DNA of 64,000 bases from Coleofasciculus chthonoplastes F2-STO-03 (GCA_040222015.1 JAVJWO010000085.1:12775-76774); one strand, 5' to 3'. Counted from the stretch's first letter, positions 1 to 11,571 are shown. The notes: generated by a model not told the origin, from the letters alone. Program-made: numbers and translations.

Positions 1-195
1 GATCCGTCTGGACTAGATACTTGAGCGTGAACAGATAAGGGATGGTTCCCCATGGTGACTACCCCTAAACCAACGCCGTAAGTAACGGAGCGTAAAAGAT
101 TATGTTTCAAGGTCACTCCTCGACAAAAGATGTAAAGATTGAAATCAGCAAAACCGATTTGCTTATTATTGTCTAGGATTGCCGTTTCCTAGCCA

Positions 196-1131
196 CTAAG
201 TCAATATACTCATTGCTTGTACAACCTTTTGAGAAATAAACGGGAGAAGGTCTTGATTTTGACTGTGAGTTTTGCTTTCAGTGAATACAACCAGTAGATA
301 AGGTAATATCGACGGGATCTCGATGTAAGCCGCATCATGTCGCACTTGGGTGGAACAGCCGGATTTAGACCACAACTGAGCCTCTGGCGGAAGACCATCG
401 CCTAAGAATCCGGTAATCTGATGATTATTATCGTGGACATCAGCTGAATTTAGGCTGTGTTTCAGCAGACTCATCATCAACTGCGATCGCACGGAAGACA
501 CCGCTACGCCACCCACAATACTATGGAGTAGCCGTGCTGTGGCATTGGTGGTTAGCATATTCCGATTTTCCATCAAGGTTCCCATAAATAGCCGTTCCCG
601 ACCATAGGGTCCATCACTCCAGGTTTTTTGATTGACGTTAATCGATTCTAAATCTTGCCAACCGAGGGATTGAAAGTAACGATTAACGATATTCCGTTGG
701 AGTTTCCATGTTTCAAAGGGACCAGGGGTTAACTCAGGACCACTGGTTGTCCCACTTAAGACATCGACGACTAAACTTAAGGCATCATGGCTAGCGTCAA
801 CCATCATCGCCCGAATTGCCCGTTCCAGTTCATCGGATTCTCCTACCATAGAGGTTTCTAACCATTCTTGGATAGCTACCAGATAAAATAGGGCAACCAA
901 ATCCGCTGGGTAAATTCGCTCAACCCCCCGATAACTAAAGCCTCGGACAGGATACTTCCAAAACTCATCAGCCGAAAGCGCCCCTCCTGTATTTACAGGG
1001 ATGGGGGGATCATAGACCATCCAGGTGAGAGCGATTTGATTGCGAGTGAGTCCAGGAAACTCTAACCAAGCAGCGTCAAGAATCTCTGTGCCAATTTTTT
1101 CCAGTTGGTCGTCCTTACGAAAGAATGTCAT
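196..1131 (-). CDS. Serine hydrolase, class A beta-lactamase-like family
   Basis: 311-aa ORF; IYPA(D)LV motif region, WSKSG and RHDAAYIE motifs typical of cyanobacterial beta-lactamase-like proteins. Confidence 0.8.
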   Translation of the reverse strand: MTFFRKDDQLEKIGTEILDAAWLEFPGLTRNQIALTWMVYDPPIPVNTGGALSADEFWKYPVRGFSYRGVERIYPADLVALFYLVAIQEWLETSMVGESDELERAIRAMMVDASHDALSLVVDVLSGTTSGPELTPGPFETWKLQRNIVNRYFQSLGWQDLESINVNQKTWSDGPYGRERLFMGTLMENRNMLTTNATARLLHSIVGGVAVSSVRSQLMMSLLKHSLNSADVHDNNHQITGFLGDGLPPEAQLWSKSGCSTQVRHDAAYIEIPSILPYLLVVFTESKTHSQNQDLLPFISQKVVQAMSILT

Positions 1132-1168
1132 AATCAGGTCTCAACGAGTTGTGTCAACTCTTGCCAAT

Positions 1169-1888
1169 ATGGTTGTATTCCAAGAATTATCTGAATTAAA
1201 ACATGGTGAGTACCGTTGCCGTGTTAATTTAAATCTTTATGATTCTCCCGCTTGTGCTAGTTTAGCGACTCAAGCGGCGGCTGGACGCCATTTACAACCC
1301 CTGTTATCGACAGTGAGGGATCAAGCTGTAGAGGTTCAGTTATGTGAGGATGGATATAAGGCTTGGTTACGAGTTGAGGACATCAGTCAACTGGAAATCG
1401 CATCTCAACCCTATCACGCGATCGCCTTTGGCGCTGAGCTTCGCTCAATCGCACTCTCCCGTCCTCAAATCCAAGAACGACTCCCAGAGGTGATTGCATT
1501 TACCAAAAAAGCGATGCAGCAGCCGAATTATTACCTTTGGGGAGGGACAGTAGGACCCAATTATGATTGTTCCGGATTGATGCAAGCAGCGTTTGCGGCG
1601 TCGGGAATTTGGTTACCGAGAGATTCTTATCAGCAGCAGGCGTTTACTGAATCAATTCCTTTGGCGGAAGCGCAAGCGGGGGATCTGGTTTTCTTTGGCA
1701 CACCTGAGACGATTAATCATGTAGGTCTTTATTTGGGTGATGGCTATTATATTCACAGTTCGGGGAAAGAACAAGGTCGGAATGGGATTGGCATTGATCA
1801 GCTTTCCGAGCAAGGGGATAACGTTAGTCAAACCTATTATCAGCAGTTTAGGGGAGTAGGACGAGTTATTGCTAGTTATTGCCCCTGA
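1169..1888 (+). CDS. NlpC/P60 (C40) peptidase with N-terminal SH3-like region
   Basis: YLWGG...YDCSGLMQ and HVGLYLG motifs; start moved to ATG 1169 (GTG 1151 possible) to avoid overlap with the divergent gene. Confidence 0.88.
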   Translation: MVVFQELSELKHGEYRCRVNLNLYDSPACASLATQAAAGRHLQPLLSTVRDQAVEVQLCEDGYKAWLRVEDISQLEIASQPYHAIAFGAELRSIALSRPQIQERLPEVIAFTKKAMQQPNYYLWGGTVGPNYDCSGLMQAAFAASGIWLPRDSYQQQAFTESIPLAEAQAGDLVFFGTPETINHVGLYLGDGYYIHSSGKEQGRNGIGIDQLSEQGDNVSQTYYQQFRGVGRVIASYCP

Positions 1889-1990
1889 TATAATTATTTT
1901 TTTAACGTTCCCTGTCCGTAGTAAGCACGCTTCGTGCTTATCAATAAAGTAAAGTATTAAGGCACGCTTCGTGCCTACTACAAACAACGA

Positions 1991-2716
1991 CTAACTCAAT
2001 TCCCAATCTAGACAAAATTCTCCCGGACGTCCCCAGGGATAAACAGCACAGTTAATTCCATCTTTGCCATGATAATACTGACAAACCTTACATGGTTGAG
2101 ACTGTTCTAATTTTTCCCGTAAACTACTCCACTTTTTCTCAACCGTTAAGCGATAATGATTGGCTCGTAAGTGATCAGGTTCAATTGTCAAAGCTTTTTC
2201 AAAAGCTGCCAACGCCTTTTCATAGAGTTTAATCATTTGGGAACCATACTCAGTCCAAGGTTGGACGCGGCATTCATAGAGTTGAATAATCTTGAAAATA
2301 AGAATACCATAATCTGTCCAGGTATCAGCCGAAGCCATTTGCGGTTCTTTTTTCGTATCCAGTAACACTCGTTTCAGAGTATCTAGCAATTCTCTCGGTT
2401 GCCAAGGTTTACCGACATAAGCCTCAGCGTGTTTAATACCGTAGGAAAGGGCTAAACGCTGTCCTTTTCCAGTTAAAAGAACCACTGGAATATTTTGGGT
2501 GTGGGGATTTGCCTTAATTAGGCGACAAACTCTGTAGCCATCAATCCGGGGAATCAGCAGATCCAATAGCACTAAATCGGGAGAATTGATCTGAATTTGC
2601 TGGAGTGCTTCTACACCATCACGGGCTTGAATGACATTCCACCCACTCCACGTTAACTGCTGAGAAACGCATTCCCGCTGGCTGAGAGAATCTTCGACAA
2701 CTAAAACAGTATTCAT
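1991..2716 (-). CDS. Response regulator (CheY/PilH-like receiver) with C-terminal TPR-like helix and Cys-rich tail
   Basis: VLVVEDS...DLVLLD...KP receiver motifs; C-terminal CKVCQYYHG..INCAVYP..C. Confidence 0.8.
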   Translation of the reverse strand: MNTVLVVEDSLSQRECVSQQLTWSGWNVIQARDGVEALQQIQINSPDLVLLDLLIPRIDGYRVCRLIKANPHTQNIPVVLLTGKGQRLALSYGIKHAEAYVGKPWQPRELLDTLKRVLLDTKKEPQMASADTWTDYGILIFKIIQLYECRVQPWTEYGSQMIKLYEKALAAFEKALTIEPDHLRANHYRLTVEKKWSSLREKLEQSQPCKVCQYYHGKDGINCAVYPWGRPGEFCLDWELS

Positions 2717-2857
2717 TGATAACAACCTGCTGACTGGAGGGAAGCTTTCGTGCGACTAGCGCAGAGTTAGATTAAGTGTACCCATTTCTCCCATGTTTCT
2801 GATCACCCCTGATAGAATTGCCGTTTCAGCCAAGATACAGAAAAAACAAATTGACTC

Positions 2858-2920
2858 GTAGGGGCGGGTTTTACCGTTACCTGTTGCCAGAAACCCCTCA
2901 ATTCAATAAACCCGCCCTGA
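2858..2920. repeat. REP-like ~60-bp palindromic dispersed repeat (GTAGGGGCGGGTTT...AAACCCGCCC)
   Basis: Further copies near 8718-8781, 14468-14529, 24448-24512, 36386-36447, 55563-55629, 60980-61041 and 63569-63630. Confidence 0.85.
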
Positions 2921-3079
2921 CCCCAAGTTTGTTGGTCAAGTTCGGTGAACTCTTTTACCCAGGCTTGGTCTTTGGCTAAAGCCCCTACTACGAGCAGAAT
3001 TTTCCTTATCGGCTCACCAACCCAGAGCGATCGCGTAAAATGTTTAAAATGTTAAAGACCGTTTGTTATACCAGCTAGG

Positions 3080-3703
3080 ATGGCTCAAGACTGGGTAAAA
3101 CAGAAGACTAGGACGAATAAAGAGCTACAATCCATAACCTATTATGGGATTCTGGGGGTACACCCTAGCGCATCTGCTCTAGATATCCGTCGTGCCTATC
3201 GGGAACTGAGTAAACGTTACCATCCCGATACCACCGACTTACCAAAGGAAACGGCAAAGACGAAGTTCCAACAGCTTAATGAAGCCTACGCGACTCTGAG
3301 TAATCCAGAACGGCGAATCCTGTATGATCAAACTATTCGCTATTCTCGTGTCAACGTCATTCAACCTCCACCCGGATTGAACCGTCCCGTTGTGCGATCG
3401 CGAGTTGATCATTCATCCTCAGCTTACCTTGACCCCACAGATCGTCCCCTCTCCCCTGGCGAGTTATTTGCCCTATTTATTTTGGGGATAACTTTCGTGG
3501 GATGCTTGGTACTGGCAATTGTGATTGGCTTAACCCGAGGAGACAATGCCTTTCAAGTTTCTGGGATATCTCTATCTAGTCGAGTCACCACGCCACCCCT
3601 AAGTCAACTACAGCGAATCCCTCGATATCCCCCTTCTAACCAACTTTTCTCCCCATCTAATCCACCATCAATCCCTGTTTTTGTTCCATCCCTCAATCTA
3701 TGA
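3080..3703 (+). CDS. DnaJ (J-domain) protein with C-terminal TM helix
   Basis: YYGILGV...YHPD J-domain motif; hydrophobic segment LFILGITFVGCLVLAIVIG. Confidence 0.88.
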   Translation: MAQDWVKQKTRTNKELQSITYYGILGVHPSASALDIRRAYRELSKRYHPDTTDLPKETAKTKFQQLNEAYATLSNPERRILYDQTIRYSRVNVIQPPPGLNRPVVRSRVDHSSSAYLDPTDRPLSPGELFALFILGITFVGCLVLAIVIGLTRGDNAFQVSGISLSSRVTTPPLSQLQRIPRYPPSNQLFSPSNPPSIPVFVPSLNL

Positions 3704-3984
3704 AGACTTCTATGGTACTTCCTTCATCTGACACTCCTCTCTATAACCATCCCCTTCCTGAAATCGAAAAATGGCTCCGTTCTCAAGGATGTCAACAAGA
3801 TAGCAACGAACTCAATTGCTGGCACCTGGAAAAACCAACTTGGACAGCCGAACTCTGTCTGGAAGTTGAGGAATTAGCTGTGCGTTACATTAATGCAGCG
3901 GAAGGACAACGTGACATTATGCGTTCTTTCAAGTATTCCCTCAGTCGCGAAGATGTAGAAGCAGCAGTTTTCTCTGGTCCTTAA
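3700..3984 (+). CDS. DUF3143 family protein
   Basis: TPLYNHPLPEIE.WL and FKYSLSREDVEAAVFSGP, conserved cyanobacterial motifs; overlaps upstream stop (ATGA). Confidence 0.8.
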   Translation: MKTSMVLPSSDTPLYNHPLPEIEKWLRSQGCQQDSNELNCWHLEKPTWTAELCLEVEELAVRYINAAEGQRDIMRSFKYSLSREDVEAAVFSGP

Positions 3985-4118
3985 GAGAATACAAGTGCTG
4001 TCTCAAAAATCCTGCGCGACTGGGTGAGCATCCTCTTCACCCACTAGCTTCTAATCGCCATTAGTCTCTTATTTGGAGCTAATTATTTTTCTATCCAAAC
4101 TATTTTTTTGTTGCCAAC

Positions 4119-4490
4119 TCAAAAAACTAATGAAATAGTGTGTTGGCTGGAGCTGATTGATATATAGATACAATATTTATAGTCGAACAGCGCAAATAGC
4201 ATACACAAAGGTGTGAATTGTGGTGGATAAGCCAGAGCCAAATTGCTCCCTTTGCCTGTCAACTCCTGAAATGCACTTGAAAATATTTCAAGATCATAAG
4301 GGTTTTGACCATTCAATAAGAGTTGACCCGCCGTGTAAAACCAACGGAAATCTGAAAGTCTTGTCCCTGTTCCACGTCCTACACCCAATACACCGAATGC
4401 ATATAGTGCAGCTATGGAAACAATCAAAACTGTTATGCCAAACAGTTGCTCAAATTTCTGTTTTTTTTCACTATTTGAAAATTCAAACAT
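4119..4490 (-). pseudogene. Truncated glycosyltransferase family 87 (DUF2029)-like membrane protein
   Basis: DFRWFY.AG..L..GQNPYD and YPPQF.PL motifs of the GT87 N-terminus; only 123 aa; AT-rich. Confidence 0.55.
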
Positions 4491-4632
4491 AATTTACAAA
4501 TTTAAAACATTGTTCAATTCTATCTTGGAAATTGATAAATTTCTCACAATTATTGTCTTCAGGTATTTCCCGATGAGGTTCGCTTAAAATCATTAGTTTC
4601 AAGGCTTGAGTTCTGAACTCAAAACTCAACAC

Positions 4633-5373
4633 TCAAACCTTTCCAAACCGTCGCTCTCGTTTCTGATAAGCAATTAAAGCTTGATGAAACGCTTCGCGGT
4701 CAAAATCGGGCCAAAAAGCGTCCGTAATATAAAATTCAGCATAAGCCATTTGCCAGAGGAGAAAATTGGACAAACGCATCTCTCCACTGGTGCGGATTAG
4801 CAAATCAGGATCACCGATATTGGCAGTATAAAGATGGCGAGAAAACAGCGCTTCGTCAATATCATCCGGTTGAAGCTGACCGTGTTGAACCTGGGTGGCA
4901 ATTGCCCGACAAGCCTGTAAAATCTCTTCCCGTCCACCGTAATTGGTGGCAACGGTAAATTGAATCCCGGTATTATTTTGGGTTTGAGTCATTGCCCGTT
5001 CAATCTGGTTTTGCAGGGATTGCGGTAATGCCGTTAAATTCCCCACAAACTGAATGCGTACATTCTCCTCCATCATCTCTTGGAGTTCTCGCATTAACAC
5101 CCGCTCAAACAGCGTCATCAAAAACTCAACTTCTTCGATAGGACGCCCCCAGTTTTCCGTCGAAAAAGCATAAGCGGTCAGGGCTTGGATACCCCAATCA
5201 TCACAACAGCGCAACAACTGTTTTAATGTGTCTACGCCTCGGCGATGACCCATAATCCGAGGAATGCCTCGACGTTTTGCCCAACGACCATTGCCATCCA
5301 TAATCACCGCCACATGTTTGGGTAGACGTTCCTGGTCGAGATCGCTTGGTAATTCTTTTAGTATCGTTTGCAT
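4633..5373 (-). CDS. uppS: Isoprenyl transferase (undecaprenyl diphosphate synthase)
   Basis: [40 protein letters not shown]. Confidence 0.96.
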   Translation of the reverse strand: MQTILKELPSDLDQERLPKHVAVIMDGNGRWAKRRGIPRIMGHRRGVDTLKQLLRCCDDWGIQALTAYAFSTENWGRPIEEVEFLMTLFERVLMRELQEMMEENVRIQFVGNLTALPQSLQNQIERAMTQTQNNTGIQFTVATNYGGREEILQACRAIATQVQHGQLQPDDIDEALFSRHLYTANIGDPDLLIRTSGEMRLSNFLLWQMAYAEFYITDAFWPDFDREAFHQALIAYQKRERRFGKV

Positions 5374-5392
5374 AATAGTTGTATAATAATAA

Positions 5393-6316
5393 TCATTTCT
5401 TTTTGCGGGACGTGGATGACGGCAGACGAAATAAACGCGAAATGAGTAGCCGTCCTTGAGACTTGACTTGGCGACCTAAACTGAGTAAACCGGGGGCAAC
5501 TGCCTCACGGTCAACCGCCGTTGAAAATCGAGCCTCTAACAGTTCTTTGAGTTTACTACTGGTTAAGGGTCGGTTGAGTCCGCCGCGTTCTGCTAATGAG
5601 ATAGAACCCGTTTCTTCGGATACAACAATACAAAGGCAATTTTCGACTCGCTCAGTAATTCCCATAGCGGCTCGATGGCGCGTGCCAAGTTGTCGTGAAG
5701 CCGTTCGCTCTGACAGAGGTAAAATCACGCCCGCTGCTGCTACGCGAGACCCCCGAATTAATACTGCCCCATCATGGAGTAATGTGGTCGTCTGGAAAAT
5801 GGTTTGCAGCAGTTCTTTAGACAGTTCAGCATTTAACTGTACCCCTGGTACAGAAAAATCTCGCTCGTCAATGGTGCCATTGGTCTCCATAATTATCAAT
5901 GCGCCAATCCGATTTTGGGATAATTCTTTAACCGCATCGACAATTTCATCTGTAACGCTATCTGCTTTAGGGATAGGGCGGCGTTGGGATTGAAACAACT
6001 GTCGAATTTCTCCCCGCCCGACTTGTTCGAGAAAACGGCGAAATTCTGACTGAAAGATTACAGCCATTGCCACAGCCGAACCAACCACCAATTTTTCTAA
6101 CACAAAACTCAACAGGGTCAATCCTAGTCGATTACTGACCGCTGCCGCTAGCATCAAGACGATTAGCCCTCGAACCATCCACAAGGTACGACGCTCCCCG
6201 ATAATGAGGAGAACCATATAGGTGAGGGCTAGAACCAATCCGACATCAACGCTGTCCAGCAATAAGGATTGAACCCAGCCAGAGTCAGGAAAAGAACCCG
6301 ACGACGACGCAGGCAT
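5393..6316 (-). CDS. cdaA: Diadenylate cyclase CdaA
   Basis: Three N-terminal TM helices; DisA_N motifs LHDGA and GTRHRAA; lysA-cdaA-uppS synteny. Confidence 0.95.
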   Translation of the reverse strand: MPASSSGSFPDSGWVQSLLLDSVDVGLVLALTYMVLLIIGERRTLWMVRGLIVLMLAAAVSNRLGLTLLSFVLEKLVVGSAVAMAVIFQSEFRRFLEQVGRGEIRQLFQSQRRPIPKADSVTDEIVDAVKELSQNRIGALIIMETNGTIDERDFSVPGVQLNAELSKELLQTIFQTTTLLHDGAVLIRGSRVAAAGVILPLSERTASRQLGTRHRAAMGITERVENCLCIVVSEETGSISLAERGGLNRPLTSSKLKELLEARFSTAVDREAVAPGLLSLGRQVKSQGRLLISRLFRLPSSTSRKKK

Positions 6317-6424
6317 TGAACTTAATTAAACGTTTAGCAACTGAGAGCTTGACTCTGGCTTGATTGTAACGAGATTAGGCGGGGAGTTGTCATTTGTCCT
6401 TTGTCATTCGTCATTGGTTATTTG

Positions 6425-6491
6425 CTCCCCCATCTTCCCCATCTTCCTCATCTCCCCCAGCTTCCCCAGCTCCCCCAGCTTCCCCAGCTCC
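6425..6491. repeat. STRR nonamer tandem repeat (CCCCATCTT/CCCCAGCT)
   Basis: Same family at 8790-8890, 20671-20735, 36245-36352, 39781-39912 and 63928-63980. Confidence 0.9.
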
Positions 6492-6531
6492 CAGACGCGC
6501 CATGGCGCGTCTCTACATTGCTCCTTCATCC

Positions 6532-7941
6532 CTAATTCTGGGATACAAGTCGTTTCGGTAAATGATCAAACCGGATCAAGTCTTGATAGGTTTCTCGCTG
6601 CACAATTAATTCAGCCTTTCCATCCTTAACTAACACCGCTGCAGGTCGAGGTACACGATTATAGTTAGACGCCATGCTGTAATTGTATGCCCCAGTTCCC
6701 ATAATCACGAGCAGATCCCCAGGTTGGGTTTCGGGTAATTGGGCATCTTTGAGTAAAATATCCCCGGATTCGCAATGTTTACCCGCAATCGTGACGGTTT
6801 CAGTTATCGGTGCTGACATACGATTGGCAACGACTGGACGATAGACTGATTGATAAGTAATCGGACGTGGATTATCAGACATTCCCCCATCAACCGCCAG
6901 ATAGGTTCGCGTTTGCGGGATCTCCTTACGGCTGCCGATGGTATACGCCGTCACACAAGCGGGTCCAATAATCGATCGCCCGGGTTCGGATAATAACCGA
7001 GGTTTGGGCAATTGCTGCTGGTTACAGGCATTAACCACGGCTTCACAAACGCCCTTCACCCAAGCGTCAATCGTGGGGGGATCATCGTCTTCGGTATAGC
7101 GGATTCCCAAACCGCCACCGACATTGAGTTCTTGAATGGATAGATTGAACTCAGAGGCTTTCTGGAGATAATCAACCAAAACCGCCCCGAGATCTTTGTG
7201 CGGTTGACTCTCAAAAATCTGTGACCCAATGTGAGCGTGTAAACCAATACAGTCGAGGATAGGATTTTGGCTAATGAAGGCAAAAACCTGATCTAGACTG
7301 TGGGGATCAAAACCAAATTTGCTATCCAGATGACCCGTGCGAATATATTCATGGGTGTGACACTCGATCCCAGGTGTGATCCGAATCATGATCCGAACCT
7401 TGGTATTCTGAGATGTTTTTTGTGCCAAATCTGCTAGAGTTTTTAGCTCTAACCGATTATCAACAACAATCGTGCAATGGCTTTCGATCGCGAGCTGGAG
7501 TTCAGCGATAGACTTGTTATTGCCATGGAAATACAGCTTATCGGCTTTGACCCCAGCTTCTAATGCCGTGTAGAGTTCGCCTCCGGATACGATATCAACA
7601 CCCAAACCTTCCGATGCCGCGATCGCACAAACCGCTAAACAATTCCAGGCTTTTGAAGCATACAGCACTAAGGTATCTCCGGGATAGTAACGGGCAAAGG
7701 CATCCCGATACTGACGGCAAGCCGTTCTTACTGTGATTTCATCTAAAATATAGAGGGGAGAACCAAATTGCTCGACTAAATCTTTGACATCACACCCCCC
7801 AATTTCTAGGCAGTCTTGGCTGTTAACAGTGGCTGTAAGCGGCAACAGTTCCTGATTCGGGGAGCGAGTATCGAGATTAGAGTTCGCGGAAAGATATCGT
7901 TGTCCAGAGTTTTGCACCTGAGTGGAGTCAGTCAATAGCAT
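6532..7941 (-). CDS. lysA: Diaminopimelate decarboxylase
   Basis: YASKA (PLP Lys), HIGSQI, EPGRS, HCESGD, GAYNYSMASNYN; start set at ATG 7941. Confidence 0.96.
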   Translation of the reverse strand: MLLTDSTQVQNSGQRYLSANSNLDTRSPNQELLPLTATVNSQDCLEIGGCDVKDLVEQFGSPLYILDEITVRTACRQYRDAFARYYPGDTLVLYASKAWNCLAVCAIAASEGLGVDIVSGGELYTALEAGVKADKLYFHGNNKSIAELQLAIESHCTIVVDNRLELKTLADLAQKTSQNTKVRIMIRITPGIECHTHEYIRTGHLDSKFGFDPHSLDQVFAFISQNPILDCIGLHAHIGSQIFESQPHKDLGAVLVDYLQKASEFNLSIQELNVGGGLGIRYTEDDDPPTIDAWVKGVCEAVVNACNQQQLPKPRLLSEPGRSIIGPACVTAYTIGSRKEIPQTRTYLAVDGGMSDNPRPITYQSVYRPVVANRMSAPITETVTIAGKHCESGDILLKDAQLPETQPGDLLVIMGTGAYNYSMASNYNRVPRPAAVLVKDGKAELIVQRETYQDLIRFDHLPKRLVSQN

Positions 7942-8010
7942 AATATCGTGATTATCTTGGCGATGGATATGGGCAGGTACACCAAAAGCGTCCGTTAGTT
8001 TAGTGTACAA

Positions 8011-8655
8011 TTGAGTGATGTGACTGTCTTAGAGATCAAGCAGCTAACCACAGCACAACTGAATGCGGCTGTTGATTTGGATCAAGTATGTTTTGGCGGA
8101 CTGTGGACGCGATCGGGCTACGAACGAGAGTTAAATAGCCCAAATAGTCAATTATTGGTTTTAGAAGCAAAGAACAGCTTAAATCAGCAACCATTCGGTT
8201 GCAATTCAGCCGTTGTTATGCCCCAAAATCCACTGGGGGAAGATTTACCCACGCATCCCCCTTTACCGAACGGTTTAGTGGGTTTAGGTTGTTACTGGTC
8301 AATTCTGGAGGAAGCGCATATTACGATTTTGGCGGTGCATCCAAACTACCAACATCAGGGACTGGGGCAATTTTTACTGCATGCCTTACTCAAGGACGCT
8401 AAACAACGTCACTTGGAGTGGGCAACCTTAGAGGTTAAACCCTCGAATCACGCCGCCCTGTCTCTTTACCAAAAGTTTGATTTTATTCCAGCGGGACGAC
8501 GCCGAAGATATTACCAAGATACGGGTGAAGATGCCCTCATTCTGTGGCGAAAGGGGTTACAACAGCCGCAATTTGAGCAAACCCTGCAAGAGCGCTATGA
8601 GCAAATTGTATCCCGCTTAACCCGTCAGGGTTGGCAACTATTTAGTTATCTGTGA
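8011..8655 (+). CDS. rimI: Ribosomal-protein-alanine N-acetyltransferase
   Basis: EEAHITILAVHP..QHQGLG, ATLEV, RRRYYQDTGEDALILW. Confidence 0.9.
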   Translation: MSDVTVLEIKQLTTAQLNAAVDLDQVCFGGLWTRSGYERELNSPNSQLLVLEAKNSLNQQPFGCNSAVVMPQNPLGEDLPTHPPLPNGLVGLGCYWSILEEAHITILAVHPNYQHQGLGQFLLHALLKDAKQRHLEWATLEVKPSNHAALSLYQKFDFIPAGRRRRYYQDTGEDALILWRKGLQQPQFEQTLQERYEQIVSRLTRQGWQLFSYL

Positions 8656-8656
8656 T

Positions 8657-8714
8657 TTGTCATTCGTCATTCGTCATTTGTCATTTGTCATTCGTCATTT
8701 GTCATTTGTCATTC
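8657..8714. repeat. STRR heptamer tandem repeat (GTCATT[T/C/G])n
   Basis: Also at 17443-17500, 36468-36495, 39624-39740, 41490-41584 and 46625-46688. Confidence 0.9.
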
Positions 8715-8990
8715 GTACAGTCGGGGCGGGTTTATTTACATCTGGGTGTAACCAAAAAGATAGTAGTGAAACCCGCCCCTACATAATCTTCGCCATCTCC
8801 CTCATCTTCCCCATCTTCCCCATCTTCCCCATCTTCCCCATCTTCCCCATCTTCCCCATCTTCCCCATCTCCCTCATCTCCCCCATCTTTCCCAAAAATT
8901 TAGACAGGTTGTTGTATAGGAGACAGCCTGAGAAGTCTCCTATGCTAGAATCAGCGTACACGGGCACGCAACAGGTGATGGAAATACGCC

Positions 8991-11465
8991 ATGTTTGAAC
9001 GCTTTACAGAAAAAGCCATTAAGGTGATCATGCTAGCCCAGGAAGAGGCACGTCGCCTGGGGCACAACTTTGTCGGCACGGAGCAAATCCTTCTGGGTTT
9101 GATCGGGGAGGGAACTGGCGTCGCCGCCAAAGTTCTTAAGTCGATGGGTGTCAATCTTAAAGATGCCCGGATTGAAGTTGAGAAAATCATTGGTAGAGGT
9201 TCCGGCTTTGTCGCTGTGGAAATTCCCTTTACCCCTAGGGCAAAACGAGTCTTAGAATTATCACTCGAAGAAGCCCGCCAACTGGGTCATAACTATATCG
9301 GAACTGAGCATTTACTGCTGGGTTTGATCCGGGAAGGCGAAGGGGTGGCGGCACGAGTTTTGGAAAATTTGGGTGTAGACCTGACCAAGGTGAGAACTCA
9401 AGTCATCCGGATGCTGGGCGAGACGGCAGAAGTCACCAGTGGCGCATCTTCGGGTCGCACGAAAACACCAACCTTAGATGAATTTGGTAGCAATCTGACC
9501 CAAATGGCGGGTGAAGGTAAACTTGATCCGGTAGTGGGACGCGCTAAAGAAATTGAGCGCGTTATCCAAATTTTGGGGCGCCGCACCAAAAATAACCCTG
9601 TATTAATTGGGGAACCTGGGGTGGGAAAAACCGCGATCGCAGAAGGATTGGCGCAGCGAATTGCTAATAACGATATCCCAGATATCTTAGAAGAAAAGCG
9701 CGTCGTTACCCTGGACATCGGGCTACTGGTGGCGGGAACGAAGTATCGAGGTGAGTTTGAAGAACGCCTCAAGAAAATCATGGATGAGATCCGTCAAGCT
9801 GCCAATGTAATCTTGGTGATTGATGAGGTTCATACCCTGATTGGTGCAGGTGCGGCTGAAGGAGCTATTGATGCTGCAAATATCCTGAAACCCGCTTTAG
9901 CTAGGGGCGAACTCCAATGTATCGGGGCGACAACCCTGGATGAGTATCGTAAACATATTGAACGGGATGCGGCATTAGAACGGCGCTTCCAACCCGTGAT
10001 GGTAGGTGAACCCTCCGTTGAAGAGACGATTGAGATTTTATACGGGTTGCGCGAACGCTATGAACAGCATCACAAGCTGAAAATTTTAGATGAAGCCCTG
10101 GATGCAGCGGCAAAATTGTCGGATCGCTATATCTCGGATCGCTATTTACCCGATAAAGCGATTGACTTGATTGATGAAGCTGGTAGCCGGGTGCGTTTAA
10201 TAAACTCCCAACTTCCGCCAGCGGCGAAAGAGTTAGATAAGGAACTGCGACAAGTCCTTAAGGAAAAAGACGACGCCGTGCGATCGCAAGACTTTGACCG
10301 GGCGGGTGAACTGCGCGATCGGGAAATGGAAATTAAAGGCGAAATTCGCGCGATCGCTCAAAATAAAAAGGCGGAAACTGGAACCGATGATTCGCCGGTC
10401 GTCGATGAGGAAGATATTGCCCATATTGTCGCCTCTTGGACGGGAGTACCCGTTAGCAAGCTGACAGAATCCGAGTCCGAGAAGCTGCTGCACATGGAAG
10501 ATACACTGCATCAGCGCCTCATCGGTCAGGAAGATGCAGTGAAAGCGGTATCACGGGCGATTCGACGGGCAAGGGTAGGTTTAAAGAACCCCAACCGTCC
10601 CATCGCCAGTTTTGTCTTCTCTGGTCCTACCGGGGTGGGTAAAACTGAGTTAGCCAAATCCTTGGCGGCTTACTTCTTCGGGTCAGAAGAAGCGATGATT
10701 CGCTTGGATATGTCCGAGTACATGGAACGCCATACCGTCAGTAAATTGATTGGTTCGCCTCCAGGCTACGTCGGCTACAACGAAGGCGGTCAACTAACCG
10801 AAGCGGTACGTCGTCGTCCCTACACGGTGGTGCTATTCGACGAAATCGAAAAAGCCCATCCTGATGTCTTTAACATGCTGCTGCAAATCCTGGAAGACGG
10901 GCGTCTCACCGATGCTAAAGGGCGGACAGTAGACTTTAAGAACACCCTATTGATCATGACCTCTAATATTGGGTCTAAGGTGATTGAAAAAGGTGGCGGT
11001 GGTTTAGGCTTTGAGTTAAGTGACAATGAAGCCGAATCCCAGTACAACCGCATCCGTTCTTTGGTCAACGAGGAACTCAAGCAGTACTTCCGTCCCGAAT
11101 TCCTCAACCGTTTGGATGAGATTATTGTCTTCCGTCAGCTAAGCAAAGACGAGATCAAGGAAATCTGCGATATCCTACTGCGGGAAGTCTTCAAGCGTCT
11201 CACCGAAAAGGGAATTGCCTTGGAAGTCACCGATCGCTTCAAAGAACGGTTGGTGGAAGAAGGGTACAGTCCATCTTACGGCGCAAGACCCCTACGTCGG
11301 GCAATCATGCGCTTGTTAGAAGACGTATTAGCAGAAGAAATCCTTTCGACTCGCCTGCAAGAAGGAGACAGTGCGATCGTCGATGTGGATGAAGAGGGCA
11401 AAGTGAAAGTGATTCCCGGAGAACCTGGGGAACAACGGGAACTTTTACCTCAAGGTGCTGAATAA
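8991..11465 (+). CDS. clpC: ATP-dependent Clp protease ATP-binding subunit ClpC
   Basis: [26 protein letters not shown]-terminus; two Walker A motifs ([16 protein letters not shown]); UVR domain. Confidence 0.98.
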   Translation: MFERFTEKAIKVIMLAQEEARRLGHNFVGTEQILLGLIGEGTGVAAKVLKSMGVNLKDARIEVEKIIGRGSGFVAVEIPFTPRAKRVLELSLEEARQLGHNYIGTEHLLLGLIREGEGVAARVLENLGVDLTKVRTQVIRMLGETAEVTSGASSGRTKTPTLDEFGSNLTQMAGEGKLDPVVGRAKEIERVIQILGRRTKNNPVLIGEPGVGKTAIAEGLAQRIANNDIPDILEEKRVVTLDIGLLVAGTKYRGEFEERLKKIMDEIRQAANVILVIDEVHTLIGAGAAEGAIDAANILKPALARGELQCIGATTLDEYRKHIERDAALERRFQPVMVGEPSVEETIEILYGLRERYEQHHKLKILDEALDAAAKLSDRYISDRYLPDKAIDLIDEAGSRVRLINSQLPPAAKELDKELRQVLKEKDDAVRSQDFDRAGELRDREMEIKGEIRAIAQNKKAETGTDDSPVVDEEDIAHIVASWTGVPVSKLTESESEKLLHMEDTLHQRLIGQEDAVKAVSRAIRRARVGLKNPNRPIASFVFSGPTGVGKTELAKSLAAYFFGSEEAMIRLDMSEYMERHTVSKLIGSPPGYVGYNEGGQLTEAVRRRPYTVVLFDEIEKAHPDVFNMLLQILEDGRLTDAKGRTVDFKNTLLIMTSNIGSKVIEKGGGGLGFELSDNEAESQYNRIRSLVNEELKQYFRPEFLNRLDEIIVFRQLSKDEIKEICDILLREVFKRLTEKGIALEVTDRFKERLVEEGYSPSYGARPLRRAIMRLLEDVLAEEILSTRLQEGDSAIVDVDEEGKVKVIPGEPGEQRELLPQGAE

Positions 11466-11491
11466 TCCACTCGATTGATAATTCCCTTATG

Positions 11492-11526
11492 GCGGTAGAG
11501 AAGGTTAGCCTTTTCTACCGTTTTTG
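11492..11526 (+). terminator. Rho-independent terminator of clpC
   Basis: GCGGTAGAGAAGG-TTAG-CCTTTTCTACCGT hairpin followed by a T run. Confidence 0.8.
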
Positions 11527-11571
11527 TCGCAGAGGGCAGAAGGCAGAAGGCAGAGGGCAGAAGGTTGAGTT

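Noticed and set aside
4633..7941. lysA-cdaA-uppS cluster as a novel c-di-AMP system
   Set aside because: This arrangement is already known as conserved in cyanobacteria.
8657..8998. ORFs made of SFVIRHL / FPIFPI / GKMGEM repeats (also 6360-6629, 36146-36460, 39720-39956, 41387-41584)
   Set aside because: Translations of heptamer/nonamer STRR repeats, not genes.
9398..11107. Antisense ORFs within clpC (similarly within cdaA, pilM, pilQ and hup)
   Set aside because: Antisense shadows of conserved genes.
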